Positions 62,786 through 64,000 of a stretch of DNA of 64,000 nt are shown in pieces. The position numbers and the translations under genes were made by a program. Source of the stretch: a virus. The notes under the pieces were generated by a model. It searched no databases, was not told the DNA's origin, and was given only the letters and a program-made list of their open reading frames with translations. The DNA is taken from the IMG/VR virus record IMGVR_UViG_3300035670_000096. One strand, given 5' to 3'. Position 1 is the stretch's first letter, and each line of letters opens with the position of its first letter.

Positions 62786-62871
62786 TGTGCAATTCTCCCT
62801 TTATTGATTCTGTAATCCGATCATTCTAGCCTGCTATTCGCTAACAGGCTAACCTGATAGGACTAGCGGGA
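62786..62871 (-). repeat. conserved ~80-nt intergenic element, copy B
   Basis: See copy A. On the - strand it has the hairpin TAGCCTG-N10-CAGGCTA, followed by a possible TAGAAT -10 element. Confidence 0.55.
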
Positions 62872-63039
62872 TTAGATCTCCTCAATCCACAGCTCAGCGC
62901 CGCGCATGATCTCTAATTCGTCCTCTGCGTCCTCAAGCGAATAGCACGTTACAGGGTCCCATTCGCCCAGTGAGTCCGATACAACCCACTTGAATAGATC
63001 TTTTCCGTATTGGATCTCTGTAATGCTGTAGCGCTCCAT
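62872..63039 (-). CDS. 55-aa acidic protein (below the track cutoff)
   Basis: Read by hand: MERYSITEIQYGKDLFKWVVSDSLGEWDPVTCYSLEDAEDELEIMRGAELWIEEI*. AAGGAG lies 8 nt upstream. Confidence 0.5.
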   Translation of the reverse strand: MERYSITEIQYGKDLFKWVVSDSLGEWDPVTCYSLEDAEDELEIMRGAELWIEEI

Positions 63040-63072
63040 GGTTCGATGCTCCTTTAAGGTTGGTTGGTTGTA

Positions 63073-63114
63073 GCGGTAGACTAGTCAGACTAGTTAGGTG
63101 GACTAGTCTACCGC
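63073..63114. other. perfect 14-bp inverted repeat (hairpin or protein-binding palindrome)
   Basis: GCGGTAGACTAGTC (63073-63086) and GACTAGTCTACCGC (63101-63114). The loop holds a third GACTAGT. No U-tract on the transcribed (-) strand. Confidence 0.6.
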
Positions 63115-63124
63115 AAATGGATGA

Positions 63125-63340
63125 TCAGTCTAGGGCGATAATCCTACACTCGCCGTCCACCGTGATCGAATTGGGCAGGTGCCCTAGGGCGGCCGCAACA
63201 AACAGGCGGTTTTCTACGGTATCCCGCTTGTATCCATAGTCCTTTGCCGCTTCCATAGCCCCGTAGAACGTATCGCCAATGGACAGGGCCTCTGCCCAGG
63301 CGATGCCGCAAATGACGGCATTAACGTAACTATCTTTCAT
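63125..63340 (-). CDS. hypothetical protein (first gene of the leftward block)
   Basis: Trimmed to MKDSYVNAVICGIAW... with AAGGAG 8 nt upstream. Confidence 0.5.
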   Translation of the reverse strand: MKDSYVNAVICGIAWAEALSIGDTFYGAMEAAKDYGYKRDTVENRLFVAAALGHLPNSITVDGECRIIALD

Positions 63341-63362
63341 GTTCGTAACTCCTTTCTTCAGT

Positions 63363-63390
63363 AGAATACCACAGTGACAGGGGAAGTCAA
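63363..63390 (-). promoter_or_regulatory. candidate sigma70-type early promoter for the leftward block
   Basis: On the - strand: TTGACT (63390-63385), a 16-nt spacer ending in TGG, then TATTCT (63368-63363). This gives an extended -10-like TGgTATTCT about 22 nt upstream of the ATG at 63340. Confidence 0.45.
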
Positions 63391-63486
63391 GCTCTAATCG
63401 CAATTAGAAGTATTAAACCTTCTTAATGTTCCCCTAGCCTATCCTTATTATATATGGGACGTGCGGCGGCGGGGCGGCTCGACTTA

Positions 63487-63710
63487 GCTAGGGTGTACGG
63501 GCTAGGGTGTACGGGGTAGAGTGGACGGGGTAGAGCGTACGGGCTAGCTTGGACAGGCTAGGGTGTACCGGCTAGCTTGGACAGGGTAGGCGGTAAGGTG
63601 TAACTCGCACTAGATAGCTTGCACAGGGTAGCTTGGACAGGGTAGCTGGTACGAGATAGCTTGGACAGGGTAGAGTGGACAGGCTAGCTTGGACGGGGTA
63701 GCTTGGACAG
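63487..63710. repeat. 16 in-phase copies of a 14-bp tandem repeat (consensus GGTAGCTTGGACAG)
   Basis: Units read in register include GCTAGGGTGTACGG x2, GGTAGAGTGGACGG, GGTAGAGCGTACGG, GCTAGCTTGGACAG and GGTAGCTTGGACAG. Only one unit (63599-63612) is degenerate. Confidence 0.9.
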
Positions 63711-63736
63711 GCCGGCGGCCGGCGCTTAGGCGCAGA

Positions 63737-63772
63737 GGGTGGGGGTGGCCAGGGACGGGACGGGCATGGGGG
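63737..63772 (+). other. G-run cluster (potential G-quadruplex motif) followed by a G-poor CA-rich tract
   Basis: GGG, GGGGG, GGG, GGG, GGG and GGGGG runs lie within 36 nt. From about 63815 the + strand becomes nearly G-free (CCACAAACAACAACCACCAACCCAACCAAC...). Confidence 0.5.
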
Positions 63773-64000
63773 TGGCGGCCTCCACAACCATATTTTGAAT
63801 TTTTTTTTAGAAAAATGGCCACAAACAACAACCACCAACCCAACCAACTAACCCTCTCAACCACACATCTAGCAACCATTTAGAAAAACTACCCCAATAT
63901 TTCTAACCCATAAACCAAACTTATACCAGCCTCAATCCCCCCTAGCTACGGAAACGACACTTATTCATCCTTAGCGTAGAACCGTTATCTATCGACCTAT

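Noticed and set aside
63487-63710. Possibility that the repeat array is a CRISPR locus.
   Set aside because: The units are only 14 bp and directly abut each other with no unique spacers. No cas genes are present.
63572-63883. ORFs - 63572-63847, - 63610-63879 and + 63689-63883 at the right end.
   Set aside because: They are translations of the 14-bp tandem array and the G-rich tract, giving periodic PCPSYLV-type sequence. They lack RBSs and are better explained as non-coding repeats.

Overview
This window is 64 kb of a tailed dsDNA bacteriophage genome with no rRNA and no cellular context. Nt 1-20515 form one rightward operon of tail and ejection genes. It includes a 1774-aa tail protein with five tandem domain repeats. 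It also has four internal-virion-like proteins, the last a 1739-aa NUDIX + ADP-ribosyltransferase polyvalent protein. A GNAT-like gene and a true RecA are embedded in this operon. A perfect bidirectional terminator at about 20.53 kb separates it from a roughly 43-kb leftward block (20565-63340). That block is tightly packed, with many ATGA/TAATG start-stop overlaps. It encodes:
- nucleotide metabolism: NrdA, NrdB, ThyX;
- two glycosyltransferases and a metallophosphoesterase;
- RusA-like and HNH nucleases;
- a replication module: DnaB-like helicase, a DnaG primase split into two genes, and an initiator-like protein with iterons inside its own gene;
- about 20 small early ORFs and three tRNAs (Gln-TTG, Arg-CCT, Met-CAT);
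- an SF2 helicase, an ERF + PD-(D/E)XK recombination pair, and ParB-like and HTH proteins.

Three host genes carry inteins: NrdB, DnaB-like helicase and SF2 helicase. The most unusual content is in 47.4-49.9 kb and 52.7-59.1 kb. Fifteen tandem, translationally coupled mini-genes there encode extreme Gly/Tyr/Asp/Ser(/Cys) low-complexity proteins. They surround two copies of an enzyme pair: a multi-zinc-ribbon Amidoligase_2-type COOH-NH2 ligase and a class-II glutaminase-type Ntn hydrolase. I regard this as the best candidate for an undescribed system.

Second best is the SF2-helicase intein. Its interior is overprinted in another frame by a complete Vsr/DUF559-type endonuclease gene while the helicase frame stays open.

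The right end holds a candidate sigma70-like early promoter, a 16-unit 14-bp tandem array and a G-run/G-poor skew switch, which may mark a genome end or control region. I saw no terminase, portal, major capsid, DNA polymerase, RNA polymerase, lysis or integrase genes in this window. All functional calls rest on motifs read by eye; no database search was possible.
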